From: an uncultured delta proteobacterium
GTDB taxonomy: Bacteria > Desulfobacterota > WTBG01 > CAIYCZ01
Direction: 5' to 3'
Length of the DNA: 64,000 bases
Assembly (NCBI GenBank): GCA_963803975.1
Contig: CAWDOY010000036.1
Coordinates: 1-64,000, forward strand
A program made the translations under genes and the position numbers. Below the pieces are notes generated by a model. It was not told where the DNA came from and did not search any database. It saw only the letters and a program-made list of their open reading frames with translations. Positions 33,351 to 44,427 of this stretch are shown piece after piece (positions within the stretch are counted from its first letter, which is position 1; every line of letters begins with the position of its first letter).

Positions 33351-34148
33351 TTACTCAAGTCCGAACATGACGGTGCGGATGTACTCCTGCTGTTTCTCCG
33401 GGCCGAGCAGCTTTTTAAAGACATCGACCGCGGGCCCGCCTTTTTCCAGGAGCGTTGTGACATAGAGTTCAAATCCCTGCCGAACTTTCCTGCTCTGTTC
33501 GGCATCGAGCTTCTGCGCGTTCTTTGTCATTTCGATGTAGGCGTCAAGATACCCCTGAAATATGGCAAGCAGCTTAGCATCATCTTCAGCTTTTGCATTG
33601 GCATGGATACTGACATCGGCAACAAAGTCCTTGTACCAGTCACGAACCCCGACCGGCGCGAAACCCTTCAGCTCAGCTGAAAGCTTTCTCATCTTGTCAT
33701 AGCAGGCCTTCTTGTTGGCGTCATCAATGCGGGCAGGATCAATCAACTCCATGACGTATACCCGCTTGCCGCCCGGGATCGCGATGATATCGACAGAGAG
33801 CATGGGCAGGTTGTAATCATAGGCGGGCCTGAGCAGCAGCGTGTACATCCTGATGCAGAGAAACATGGTGGCGTCAATATTATTGATGCGCGCCAGGCGG
33901 TCAGACTGCTGGCTGTCCACCATGAACTGAAACATCTTAAGCGCCTTCCAGGGAGCGATGTATTGAAATTCTGCCTTGATCGGGTAGGGCTGCAGCGGAA
34001 AATTTTTCGCCAGCGCCTCGCGCGCATAGCTGTCGTAGCGCGCATACATGCGATCACCCTCTCTTCTCATAACCGACGCGATGATCAGAGCCGCTATGAC
34101 CAGCAGCACGATGATGATGCCGAGATATTTAAGTATCTTTAAGAACAT
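33351..34148 (-). CDS. Membrane-anchored ferredoxin-dependent bilin reductase-like protein
   Basis: N-terminal TM; RPAYDYNLPMLSVDIIAIPGG parallels PcyA PxxxYxLPLFGCDIVAGPGG; C-terminal RQGFELY...PAVDVFKKLLG...YIRTVMF parallels RQGQxxY...VLEKAFG...YMSQVLF. Confidence 0.75.
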   Translation of the reverse strand: MFLKILKYLGIIIVLLVIAALIIASVMRREGDRMYARYDSYAREALAKNFPLQPYPIKAEFQYIAPWKALKMFQFMVDSQQSDRLARINNIDATMFLCIRMYTLLLRPAYDYNLPMLSVDIIAIPGGKRVYVMELIDPARIDDANKKACYDKMRKLSAELKGFAPVGVRDWYKDFVADVSIHANAKAEDDAKLLAIFQGYLDAYIEMTKNAQKLDAEQSRKVRQGFELYVTTLLEKGGPAVDVFKKLLGPEKQQEYIRTVMFGLE

Positions 34149-34199
34149 GAAAGTACCCCTCGCTGCTTTTTAGACGCTCTGTATATGCAGTGCAGGCGC

Positions 34200-35289
34200 T
34201 TATTTCGCGTCTTCCATCTTCCTGCCGTCCGCCCAAAGGAGCTTTTCCGCTTTTGCTACATCCTCTTCTGCACCCTTTCTGACTTCAGGCTTGTCATAGC
34301 TGCGGAACGAGATGTGAACATGGCCCGGGTCGTCAGGCATCGTGGCCGGTACGATGTGCAGCGTCAGTTCCTTCCCGCCGTAGTTCTTTACTGCATGATA
34401 GTAGATGTTAAAGAAGGTCCGGCGCTGCTCCTTCAGCGTCAGGCCGTTTTCCTTGGCCCACTGCTGCAGCAGCTTCTCTGCGGTCTCGAGATCGCCCCGA
34501 ATACGTGAGCGGGTGAACAGTATCCGGTCAGTGCTTTTGTGCTCGGTATAGTGGCGGGGCTTGTATTTAAGCTTGCTCGGATCGGTAAGGGATGCCGGCT
34601 GCAGCGAGGTCCAGTACCCGCGATATTTTGCCAGATCAGTGCGCGCCGGCAGGTTCAGCATCTTCTGCCGCACCTCGTTGCCAAATACCTCAACCCGCTC
34701 CGGCACCAGCGATTCCCAGATATCAAGACCACTCCAGGCCGCTCCTTCCTTGGCCAGCTTTTCCAGCAGCCAGATCTGAAACGCGTCAAATCCCTGCAGC
34801 GCTGGCATGATCTGGCGTCCGCCGAACCCGCCGATGACAACCGGCTTCACGTTGGGGAATTTCTCCTGGATCTCAACCAGATAGTTGCGGCCGCCGATAA
34901 GGTGCGGCGTACCCCCCGGCACTTTCAGCACCATGGTCTCGTCCCAGTCTCCCTGGAGAAGGAAATACGCCACCTTTTTTTGGGCAAGCTCATTCTGATA
35001 AACCTCAACAAATTTGTAGACCCGCGGCGACGGTTTTTCATTCTCTGGAATAGCTGCCGATGATCACATAGTCATAGGGCTTTACCGTTATTACCTGGTC
35101 AAGCTTTTTTACATCAAGCTGCTGCTGATCATCTCCGATGATGGCCCTGAGCCAGTAGGCCACTTCAGGGGTTGAGCCATAGATTGAATCATACACCAGA
35201 AGCCCCTTGAGCGGAGCAGCACTGGCCAGTGCCGGCAGCATCAGAAGCATTAGTACGGCGACTCCAATCAGATTTATTCTTCGCTTCAT
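34200..35289 (-). CDS. Exported flavodoxin-domain protein (HemG/Flavodoxin_5-like) with C-terminal extension; frameshift ~35045
   Basis: Signal peptide ...PALASA; LLVYDSIYGSTPEVAYWL, YDYVIIGS, KKVAYF, GGFGGR. Confidence 0.75.
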
Positions 35290-35350
35290 AACATCCTCCT
35301 TGAAAATGAACACAGGTTTAAAGATTTAAAATCCTATATACCGCAAAATA

Positions 35351-35384
35351 TAGAGGACACAAAGGATTTTCTTTGTGTCCTCTA
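35351..35384 (-). terminator. Perfect 14-bp stem-loop after the flavoprotein gene
   Basis: tagaggacacaaag-gatttt-ctttgtgtcctcta. Confidence 0.65.
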
Positions 35385-35394
35385 CGGCGATCTT

Positions 35395-36759
35395 TTATAT
35401 GGTGAAGCTGCAGTCGTAGCCGGCGCGGATGGTGTTTTTCAGCATCACCTTGGTGGGCAGGGTGGCAAAGCCTTCAAGCTTTTTCAGCAGCTCCGGCCGC
35501 TCAGCCTGAATGGCCGGGATGACTTTCGCCATGGCGCTGCCCATGTGCTTCGGCACTTCATAGGGGTCAAGCAGGGTGGGCAGGGTTTCCTTGATTTTGC
35601 TGAATATATAATCAATCTCGCTGTCAGTGCACAGAATAGGCATGGCAAGGTTCTTGAGGAAGACCGTATAGTCAAGGGTATCCAGATGATAGGTCTTCCA
35701 CCAGTCGAGATACGGCCGTATGCCCTCCTCATTGCGGAGCCCTTCCTGGAGAGCGTAGCTCACGGTATTCCCGGCCTTCCAGCCGCACATCACCGCGCCG
35801 CTCATCTCTGCTTCCTGGCACCAGCCTGCATCGCCGGCAAAGATAACATTATCCTTGAACGGATGTACGATGGGGCCGTACATGTTGCCGCACACGCCGA
35901 GCTTGCGGATTTTTTTTGCCTTCTTGAACCAGGGGGCAAACCGGCTTTTGCTGATGAAATGTTCACAGAGCGCTTCATGATCGTTGGGCGGATTGGTATC
36001 AGATACCATTACCAGCCAGAGGTCCTCACCATTGTGCTTCCAGGCCCTGGGGATGATGAAGCCGAGCATGGGGGGATCACCGCTCTGGACCAGAGGCTGA
36101 ATCAGCGCATAGGGACTGGGGAGATCCAGATCAGTCATCTCGTAGGCCCATGAGGCACACGTGCCGTAGAAGCCGCGGTTCTTGTTCATGCCCAGAAGCC
36201 GTGCGGTCCGAGAGACGCGACCGTCTGCTGCTATGACAAAAGGGGCTTTAATGCTCAGGCCTTCTGCGGTATACACCCATACCCAGTCGCCGGTTTTGCG
36301 CACATCCACCACATTGGCGCTGGTGAAAATTTTCACGCCCAGCCTCTGGCACTCTTCAACCATGCTGCGTAGAAAATAGCCCTTGTCATAAACCGCTGTG
36401 GCTCTTCCGGCTTTTCCCTTCTCGACGTTGGTCGAATAGTCTCCGAACTTGATTTTTTCTCCTCCGGGAGAGAATATCTCCCAGGAATAGAAGTCTTTGG
36501 CCGGGCCGTCATATTTTACGCTGAAGCCGTGATGGGGGAATGAGAAGAGCTTCTGCTCCTCATTGTATATAAGCCGCTCGCCCATATAATTTCCCGACAG
36601 CGTCACCAGCATCATGCCGCACATGCGCAGCACGTCATGAATAACCTCCTTGCGCTCCAGCAGCGCGACAGAAAGGCCGTTTTCTGCGGCAAATTTCGCG
36701 GCAGTAAGCCCTGCCGGGCGGGCACCTATTACGATGAGATCATATCCGCTTTTCACCAT
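35395..36759 (-). CDS. FAD-dependent oxidoreductase, geranylgeranyl reductase/FixC family
   Basis: YDLIVIGA(R)PAGLTAA, VIAADG..SRTAR, FAGDAG...SGAVMCGWKAG. Confidence 0.85.
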   Translation of the reverse strand: MVKSGYDLIVIGARPAGLTAAKFAAENGLSVALLERKEVIHDVLRMCGMMLVTLSGNYMGERLIYNEEQKLFSFPHHGFSVKYDGPAKDFYSWEIFSPGGEKIKFGDYSTNVEKGKAGRATAVYDKGYFLRSMVEECQRLGVKIFTSANVVDVRKTGDWVWVYTAEGLSIKAPFVIAADGRVSRTARLLGMNKNRGFYGTCASWAYEMTDLDLPSPYALIQPLVQSGDPPMLGFIIPRAWKHNGEDLWLVMVSDTNPPNDHEALCEHFISKSRFAPWFKKAKKIRKLGVCGNMYGPIVHPFKDNVIFAGDAGWCQEAEMSGAVMCGWKAGNTVSYALQEGLRNEEGIRPYLDWWKTYHLDTLDYTVFLKNLAMPILCTDSEIDYIFSKIKETLPTLLDPYEVPKHMGSAMAKVIPAIQAERPELLKKLEGFATLPTKVMLKNTIRAGYDCSFTI

Positions 36760-36798
36760 TTATCCTCCTGCTGTTAATAATTTTATACTTACGTGTTA

Positions 36799-37452
36799 TC
36801 AGTCCCCGCCGGTCTGGCCGGTACCCGGTGGCTTGACGGCAGAGCCGTCATTTTTCAACAATAAACCTTCAAGGCATAGATTGAGGCGCTCATAGAGATC
36901 ATCAGAAGATAGTTTGCTGAGCCGTTTCGCCACGCAGTCAATGACAAACAGGTTGAAGATGCCCTCAAGCAAGGTGGCAAGCCTCATGGCCGGGACATCC
37001 CTGGTACTTGGCCCTGTTCCTGCCCCTGCTCCAGAAGACGTTCCAGAAACGTGCGGAATTCCTCGAAAAAGATCCGGTCATACGTCTGATTGAGAGAAGC
37101 GACATTATTAATAAGCAGCGCTCTGCTGATATTTTCATTTTTAGCGGCAAGCTGGGCGGTGGAGTGGAAAATGTCATGGATTTTTATTTTTATGGAAGCA
37201 GAAGAATTAAGAATTGTCATGCCACCTTTTCTTGAGGGTGGGCAGCTTTTTATGGAACATCTCCGGGATAATATCTTCTTTGCGCGGGAAATAATTAAAG
37301 AAGGTGCTCTGGGCAATATTGATACGCCTGGTGATGTCCTCAACCGCGGTATTCTCAAAGCCCTTTTCAGCAAAAAGCTTCTGTGCGGTCTTTAAAATGG
37401 CATCGCGCGTGGTTTTCTTTTTTTGTTCTCTCAGTTGTGATATTTTCTTCAC
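36799..37452 (-). CDS. TetR/AcrR-family transcriptional regulator, two frameshifts
   Basis: TRDAILKTAQKLFAEKGFENTAVEDIT...STFFNYFPRKEDI; C-terminal helices in shifted frames. Confidence 0.88.
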
Positions 37453-37637
37453 CGGATATCTCGATGCAGCATAACCATGATATATAAATTATTATCTGGA
37501 ACTCAAGAAATCAGGAAATTATTGTTTTTGCCTTTGTGAGTTCCTGCCTGCGATGAGCTCAGTCGAATCGACTGCCAATTCAATCTTCTTTGTTTTTCTT
37601 AGTATTTGCGGTTACCATTGGGTCCGGCTTATCCGGG

Positions 37638-37675
37638 TTAGGGATTCCCCTATAGATTAAACAGGGATACCCTGA
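37638..37675. promoter_or_regulatory. Tandem putative response-regulator boxes TTAGGGATTCCCCTATA and CAGGGATACCCTGA
   Basis: Reverse complement TAGGGGAATCCCTAA resembles the 7601 and 28592 palindromes. Confidence 0.5.
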
Positions 37676-37783
37676 CTTGACAGTATGGTGATGCACCTGA
37701 TACTTAACAGAGTATAACTATTGTATTGGCTATGGTGCCTGGTACTGGTATAGTTTAAATTAGTTAGCGCGCACAAAATTATC

Positions 37784-37836
37784 TTGACATAAATGAGTAA
37801 ACTCATTAATAATGCAAATAACAAACATATGTCAAG
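37784..37836. promoter_or_regulatory. Overlapping divergent sigma70 promoters sharing operator ATGAGTAAACTCAT (37793-37806)
   Basis: TTGACA at 37784 (+) and 37830-37835 (-); the minus strand reads CTTGACATA-N15-TTATTAATGAG-N4-CTCAT toward tetR. Confidence 0.7.
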
Positions 37837-38399
37837 TTAATTTTTCCTCTTGCGCTGCGTTAAAAACGCGCTAAACACGCTGTCCCAAAGGCCCGTCCCC
37901 AAAGAGCCTGTTGCCAGGCAGCAGAAAATTCAAACGCATCTTAGGCAGGGAAACTATACCCTATGTTACTGATAGGGACTTTGAAACTGCAGAACGAAAT
38001 CAGTGCCCACGCTCCTGGTACCGGACTATCCGCATCACCCGGCACGGAAAGGCGAGACCTTCCCCCGCTCATACATAAAGCTACGCACAGCACCTCTCTA
38101 TCTATTGCCCCGGTTACGCAGCACTGCACAATGCCCCCAGCGCCCGCACCACGCGGCACTTTACCCGGCTCAAAAAAAACAGTAATTGACAAAATATACT
38201 CTGCGTGTAAAAATTTGGCAATTTTTCGAACAGCTTGCCGAACTACCTGCATAGTCTGCCCGGAACACCTGGTAAACAACAGGAGATGCAATACTATGAT
38301 GAGTTGCTCGTACTACTGTAATTCCGCGTAAATGAAAGACGCGTGGGAAATATAATCTACGGTAAGAGGATGACCATAAAAACATTAAGGGGTGAAGAC

Positions 38400-39486
38400 A
38401 TGAGAAAATCATTTTACGTCTGTGTGGCAATAACAGCACTAATACTGGCTGCTGGTTTCGGGACCGGCTGTAAAACCGGAGATAAAATTCAGGCACCGAG
38501 GATACCATCGATCCTCCGGAAAATGTGACGGCGATTATGGCCCCGGATGAAAACAACCTGTGGCTAATAGGGAATTACGGCATAATTTTCCAGTTCAAGT
38601 GACGGCGGTAAAAACTGGGCAAGTCAGGATTCAGGGATAAAAACTCTTCTCACTGATGGTATGTTTCTTGACAATAAAAATGGCTGGGTGGTGGGCATTG
38701 ATGGCGGTATAATACATACCGGGGACGGCGGCACTACCTGGGTAAAACAGAATTCAGGCACAACCAAACATCTCATGAACATCACCTTTACTGATAAAGA
38801 CTATCGATGGGCAGTGGGAGAATTTTCAACCGTTGTTCATACCGCTGATGGCGGTAAAACCGGGCTCCCCAGCAGCCTGAGGCTGATAAAATTTATAACG
38901 ATGTCTGTTTCTTTGACCGGCAGAATGGATTTATTGTCGGAGAATCCGGTGTTATGTTCCGTACCATTGATGGGGGTGCTCATTGGGTTCCGATTATGCC
39001 CAAAGCCTTTGAACGCAAAGATTTGGAAGACGAATATGAACGGCCCCGGCCGTCGCTTTTCTGTATAATCTTTAAAGATAAAGTAAACGGATGGGCGTGC
39101 GGCAACTTTGGAGCGATACTGCGCACCACGGATGGAGGAATTTCCTGGGATGTGCTTCCCAGTCCAAGCCTTTTGGCTCTCTACACGATATGCATAAAGG
39201 ATGGGAAAGGATGGTGCGTGGAGATAAGGGGACCTACATGACATCACAGGACGGCGGCTTGACCTGGAAAAACGAAGAGGAAACCATCAAAACAAAAATG
39301 TGGTTTCGCGATGTTGTTTTTACGACCCCTGATAAAGGCTGGATTGCAGGAGCGGGCGGTACCGTAATCAGTACAATGGATGGAGGGAAAACATGGGAAT
39401 TTCACTCCGGCCTGTCTTATGACACCAAAGCCTTTAAATTCTTTGATGACATACTGGCTAAGTTTGAAAAAATGATGTCGGAATAA
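38400..39486 (+). CDS. YCF48/BNR-repeat beta-propeller lipoprotein (copy 2), frameshifted
   Basis: GTGC lipobox-like; GWVVGIDGGIIHTGDGGTTW repeats across ORFs 38661, 38954, 39091. Confidence 0.85.
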
Positions 39487-39626
39487 TTGAGATAATTAAT
39501 AATAAGGATTGCGTCGTCGTTTCACTCCTCGCAATGACAGCAGGGGACTTTTTACGACTTTGTCAAGATTGGTCAAGAAAGCGTCTCTGATATTTGTCAA
39601 AGAAATTCAGAAAGGAAGATAATAAC

Positions 39627-42014
39627 ATGGGTAAAATAGAAACATTCATGGAGCGCGTTGCGAATCATGTCATAGAGAAGCGCAACATCTACCTTATCCT
39701 CGCCATCATCATCGCCGTCTTTTGGGCTGGCAGTGCCGGAAGCTGTCGGTTAGACCATATTTGCCGACCTGCTGCCGCAGCAGCACCCGGTACATAAAGC
39801 TGCATAATGAGATCCGCAACAAGTTCGGCGGTGCCAACCAGGTGCTTATCATGGTGGGGGTAAAAGCTACCGGCAAATACAAGGATGTATTTAATACCGA
39901 AACGCTGAAGAAAGTAAAATCCATAACAAATGATCTCCTGCTGTTTCATGCTGTTGACCGCTTTAAGATATTCTCTCTGGCAAGCTCGAAAGTTAAAGAT
40001 TTCAAAGCCACTCCTCAGGGATATGTATTTCTGTGGGGTGATGTATCCAGAAGTTCCCACCACAGAAGAAGGTCTCAAAAAACTGAAGCTCACGGTCTAT
40101 GGCAGTCCCGTCTGCTACCCGGGGTTAGTGTCTCTTGACAGCGCCAAGACGTTAGTCCAGGTTGACTTTTTTGAAGGGCAGATGGATTACAAAATCACCT
40201 ACAAAGAGCTGATGGATTTGCGGAAGAATATGAAGATGATAATCACTTTGTTGCCATAGCCGGCAATCCCATGCACATCGGCTACATTGAAAGCTATGTG
40301 CCGCAGGCATTGAAGATTTTTGTCTACACCATTATCGCCATGCTGGTGATGTTTTTTGTGTTTTCCCGCACCAGGCGCGGTATGGTGATGCCGGTTTTTG
40401 CAGCGCTGATCAGCGCGGTGTGGGGCCTGGGGTTTCTTGCCATGCTCAACTTCAACCTTGACCCGCTGGTGCTGGTGTTCCCGTTTCTGATCGGGGCGAT
40501 GGCTGCATCGCACTCGGTGCAGGTGGTGAAGCGCTACCGGGAAGAGTCCATAACCCTTGGCAATGGCAAGGCAGCCTGCAAGAAAGTTATTCCAGCCTGT
40601 TCGTCCCGGGCATTGCAGGAATTATAACCGATGCCTCGGGCATTTTGATTATCGCCATTACGCCGATCGATCTCCTGTATAAGATAACCATATCCTGCGC
40701 GTTCTGGGCCTTCGGCACAATCTTTATCGCGTTTTTTCTGCTGCCCATCATCTTTTCCTATTTTCCAGTGCAGACAACACCGGAAAAGGAGGGGTTCCTG
40801 GACAGGATGCTGCATGGCATCGGTCATTTTATCTGCAGGAAGGGAAAAATCCCCATTCTGGTCATTGTATTGATTGTCTCCATCTGGGGCTACTTCCAGC
40901 AGCTGAAGCTCCGGTAGGGAATGTGGTGCCGGGGTCTGAGATCCTGTGGCCGTTTTCGCGCTTCAGCGGGGATCGTTACGGCTTATCTTTAATATGCCGC
41001 TTTTGAACCCCATGTACATAGTGTGCGAGGCTCAAACCCTATGCTCAGCGCCACCCGGCACTTGTACGTGAAATAATAAAATTCGGGCGCTATATGTCAC
41101 GCACTCCCAATCAGCGGGTTGTGTTCGTGGGAAGCCTCAACGGACCGATCCCGAATTTTAACCGGGCAATAAGAGATACTGACCCCAAATGGATATTTCC
41201 TGCCACCGTTCATGATCAGCTCAAAATGTTATGGCAGGTTGTCTATTCTACCGGATCTCCCGGGGACTGGGATAAGTGTACTAGCGCGGATTCAAAAGAC
41301 GCTAATATAGTTTTGTTCCTGCGTGACAAGACAGCTGACAGCCTGAGAGAAGTTATTGACCGGGTGAATAAATTTGTTAAAGAGGAATCTCTGGCCGGCA
41401 CACCGATAAAAGCGAAGCTCAATACTGACGAGGAGATAACCTTCACCTTCAAGTACCGGCTGGCCGGCGGCACCGCGGGTGTTCAGGCAGGTATCAATGA
41501 GACGCTGGTGAAATACAATGGCATGACGACCATCATTGCCTATATCATGTGCTTTTGCTTTGTTGCGTTCTTCTTCCAGTCCTTTATGGCAGCGATCTTT
41601 ATTACTCTGCCGCTTCTGACCTCGACCTTTCTGACCCAGGCGTTCATGACCCTTATGAACCCGCCGATACCCCTGACCACGGCCACGCTGCCCATAGCAT
41701 CGGTAGGCATGGGGCTTGGTGTTGACTATTCGATCTATATTGTCGGCCGCATTATTGAGGAATACCGGGATAACAAACGTGACCTGTATGACGCGATTGC
41801 AGTATCGCTGGGAACGTCCGGGAAAGCGGTTCTGTATGTCGCCTTAACCCTTATCTGCGGTCTTGGGTTCTGGGCAATCTCCAAGCTGATGTTCCAGGCT
41901 TTGATGGGGCTGCTGCTGGCAATCGTGCTGGTAATTAACATGATAGGAGCGATTTTTGTCGTACCCAGTTTTATCGCGCTGTTTAAACCAAAATTTATAA
42001 CTTCTAAACGATAG
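39627..42014 (+). CDS. MMPL/RND-family transporter (copy 2), frameshifted
   Basis: IRNKFGGANQV, NLDPLVLVFPFLIG, GMGLGVDYSIY, LFKPKF. Confidence 0.88.
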
Positions 42015-42126
42015 CAAGCTCTGTGCGCTACCATCCTTATTAATATGCGTGAGGGTTGTAGCCGCAGCCTTCAGGCTGCGTAATGCATTCCTGAAAAATA
42101 TGTAAAACAAAAGAAGGAGGGCATTG

Positions 42127-42597
42127 ATGATGAAAGCAATGAGAAAAATCTGGTTAGCGATCGTAATATGTCTGTGTTTTGGTTTAGCAGCATCGGTTGA
42201 TAGTGCCGTTAGTCAGGCAGAAAAGAGCGACAAAATACAGCCTGAGAAGAAAGTAGAAGGGGCGCAGATTATTTACATGGGTGCCCAGGGGAAAATAAAT
42301 CCGTCAATGGCTACCGTCAAACCAGGAACCACCGTTATATGGGTTAATCAGGCTGACAGCCCGGTGGAAATTCAGTTTGAGGGTAAACAGGTTACCATGG
42401 CCTGCCAGAACCCGGTCCATTTTGTCGTTGATGATAAGGGATCTTTTATCTCCAACAATATTCCCATGGGAGCAGTGGCAAGTCTCTGTTTTATTGAGAA
42501 GGGGGATTTTAACTATATCGTGAGAAGGGCACTCAAACCCAGCCAATCCTATAAGTCAACGCCCAAGGAGTTCAAGGGGAAGGTTATTGTGGAGTAA
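42127..42597 (+). CDS. Secreted cupredoxin-fold-like protein lacking canonical type-1 Cu ligands
   Basis: Signal peptide; NPSMATVKPGTTVIWVN, F..KGDFNY, FKGKVIVE; no C-x2-H-x4-M. Confidence 0.65.
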   Translation: MMKAMRKIWLAIVICLCFGLAASVDSAVSQAEKSDKIQPEKKVEGAQIIYMGAQGKINPSMATVKPGTTVIWVNQADSPVEIQFEGKQVTMACQNPVHFVVDDKGSFISNNIPMGAVASLCFIEKGDFNYIVRRALKPSQSYKSTPKEFKGKVIVE

Positions 42598-42783
42598 TTA
42601 GTGAAGGAAAACTAATAAATATAACTAGAAAGATTTAAAAATATTTTAGTTGCAAAAACAATTTGACTGGTATAAGTAAATTTAAAACAGCATTTAGTCA
42701 GACACACTACTACAGACTATTAGTCAGGGGTAAAGCACCGGGGAACGTGCTCATTAAAAAATAATTTTAAAAGGGAGGGCTTG

Positions 42784-44358
42784 ATGAAACGCAAAATTCT
42801 ATTCCTAACAGCTATCATTCTGGCATTTATAGTAAGCGCTACAGGGTTACGGCAGGCTCTGGCTGAGGTGCGTTTTTTAGACGACAAGATTATTGTCAAT
42901 GGAACCATTAAGCAGACCATGTACTATCGCACCCAGATGAACAGTGTTGAGTACAAACAGTACCACAAGACCCGTATGGACTACAACCGTTTCAGCGCCC
43001 TTATAGAAGGGCTGTTCAAGATCAAGGATTGCCCTGAGGAGCAGATAAGTTTTTTCGGCGGCTTTAAATACTGGTATGAACTGGCGCCGGTGTATGATTC
43101 AAAAATGCGCAATGGCATCAGCCCCGCAGTCCCTGAGATGGACAGGAACTGGTACTCCCGGTCGCAGGACCGCGACTTGATTTCAGAGGCCTATATAGAC
43201 TATATTCGCGGGCCGTGGAATATCAGGTTAGGGCAGCAGATCGTGGTCTGGGGCGAGACCGATATCAAGAGGACCGTTGACATTGTTAACCCGATTGACG
43301 TCAGGCTTGGCTCTCCGGGCGTGGATGCCTGGGAAGAAATAAAGCTGGGAATTTTTATGCTGCGCGGCACCTACCAGAGCCAGCTTCCCGGCAACCTGCT
43401 GTTTGAACTGCTCTATATTCCCGGTGATTTCAGGCCGGCGCGGCTGCCGGTGGACGGAACCCATTACGGCCCGAATCCCGTGGTAACAAAAGACGGTTTT
43501 TATCCCTACCTGCCCTATGGCGTTACAGCCTGGCAGTTTCATAAAGCGCGAATGGATGCGCCGGGCTGGAACCTGAAAAATTATGAATACGGAATGCGCG
43601 TCCGTGGTTTCACCTGGAACATTGACTGGACATTTCTTTATTATAACGGGCTGTATGACGCGCCGATGGCAATAGCTGATACACTGATCCCCTCTTTCAC
43701 ATCAGATTATATTCTCAAGGGTGTAGTAGGCTCCATCACCAAAAAGCCGCAGAAACCCACATTCCCGGATGAAAAATGTTTTATGTACCCGCGATACAGC
43801 ATGATCGGCGGCACCGCCCAGACCGTTGTGCCCGCACTGCATGATTCGGTGTGGCGTTTGGAATGGTTTTATAACCACAATGAGCCTTACAATCGCGGGA
43901 CTAACGCTAACAGCGCCGATATATATGACATGGTAAAGCGTGACTGCCTTGGCATGGGCCTCAACTATGGTGATAAATTCACCATGCCCTGGACACACAA
44001 GTACTGTCAGGATAAAATGATGGATGTGAGCCTCACGTTCTTTTACGAGAGGGTGTTGAACTGGGATGATGATATTATCATTGCCGAGAGCGGCCGGGGG
44101 CACCGCCGCGGCGCAGCCCACTCTTCAGAGGTCGCCTGGAACGTGCAGCAGTTCTTCTTTAACCAGCAGTTCATGGTCATGTTCACCGGAAGCTACAACC
44201 CCATTGGAAAATATTTCTTATGCCCGATTTTTTCCTATGCTCCGGGAAACCACTGGCGCACGGAGCTTGGTTTCCCCACCTACGGATCCCGAACACCGTC
44301 TAACAAGGGTCTGCATGATAAAGACAGCGTGCTGTTCCGTGTGCGTTACGAGTTTTAA
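42784..44358 (+). CDS. DUF1302 family outer-membrane beta-barrel (copy 2, intact)
   Basis: Signal peptide; IRLGQQIVVWGETD...DIVNPID; terminal VRYEF. Confidence 0.85.
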   Translation: MKRKILFLTAIILAFIVSATGLRQALAEVRFLDDKIIVNGTIKQTMYYRTQMNSVEYKQYHKTRMDYNRFSALIEGLFKIKDCPEEQISFFGGFKYWYELAPVYDSKMRNGISPAVPEMDRNWYSRSQDRDLISEAYIDYIRGPWNIRLGQQIVVWGETDIKRTVDIVNPIDVRLGSPGVDAWEEIKLGIFMLRGTYQSQLPGNLLFELLYIPGDFRPARLPVDGTHYGPNPVVTKDGFYPYLPYGVTAWQFHKARMDAPGWNLKNYEYGMRVRGFTWNIDWTFLYYNGLYDAPMAIADTLIPSFTSDYILKGVVGSITKKPQKPTFPDEKCFMYPRYSMIGGTAQTVVPALHDSVWRLEWFYNHNEPYNRGTNANSADIYDMVKRDCLGMGLNYGDKFTMPWTHKYCQDKMMDVSLTFFYERVLNWDDDIIIAESGRGHRRGAAHSSEVAWNVQQFFFNQQFMVMFTGSYNPIGKYFLCPIFSYAPGNHWRTELGFPTYGSRTPSNKGLHDKDSVLFRVRYEF

Positions 44359-44427
44359 GAGCTGACAGCTCTTAAAAGTAAATATTTAATAAATTTTTTG
44401 CAAACAATAAAGTGAAGGAGGTTATAC

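Noticed and set aside
37860..38390. ORFs 37941..38291 and 37963..38331, or a riboswitch/ncRNA, in the long leader of uptake operon 2
   Set aside because: No convincing RBS or protein motifs, and no cobalamin or c-di-GMP riboswitch consensus recognisable by eye; an Infernal/Rfam scan would be needed.
27420..39486. YCF48, GGR and FDBR folds as evidence of photosynthesis
   Set aside because: No reaction-centre, antenna or chlorophyll-synthesis genes; YCF48-like propellers are routine partners of MMPL/DUF1302 operons.
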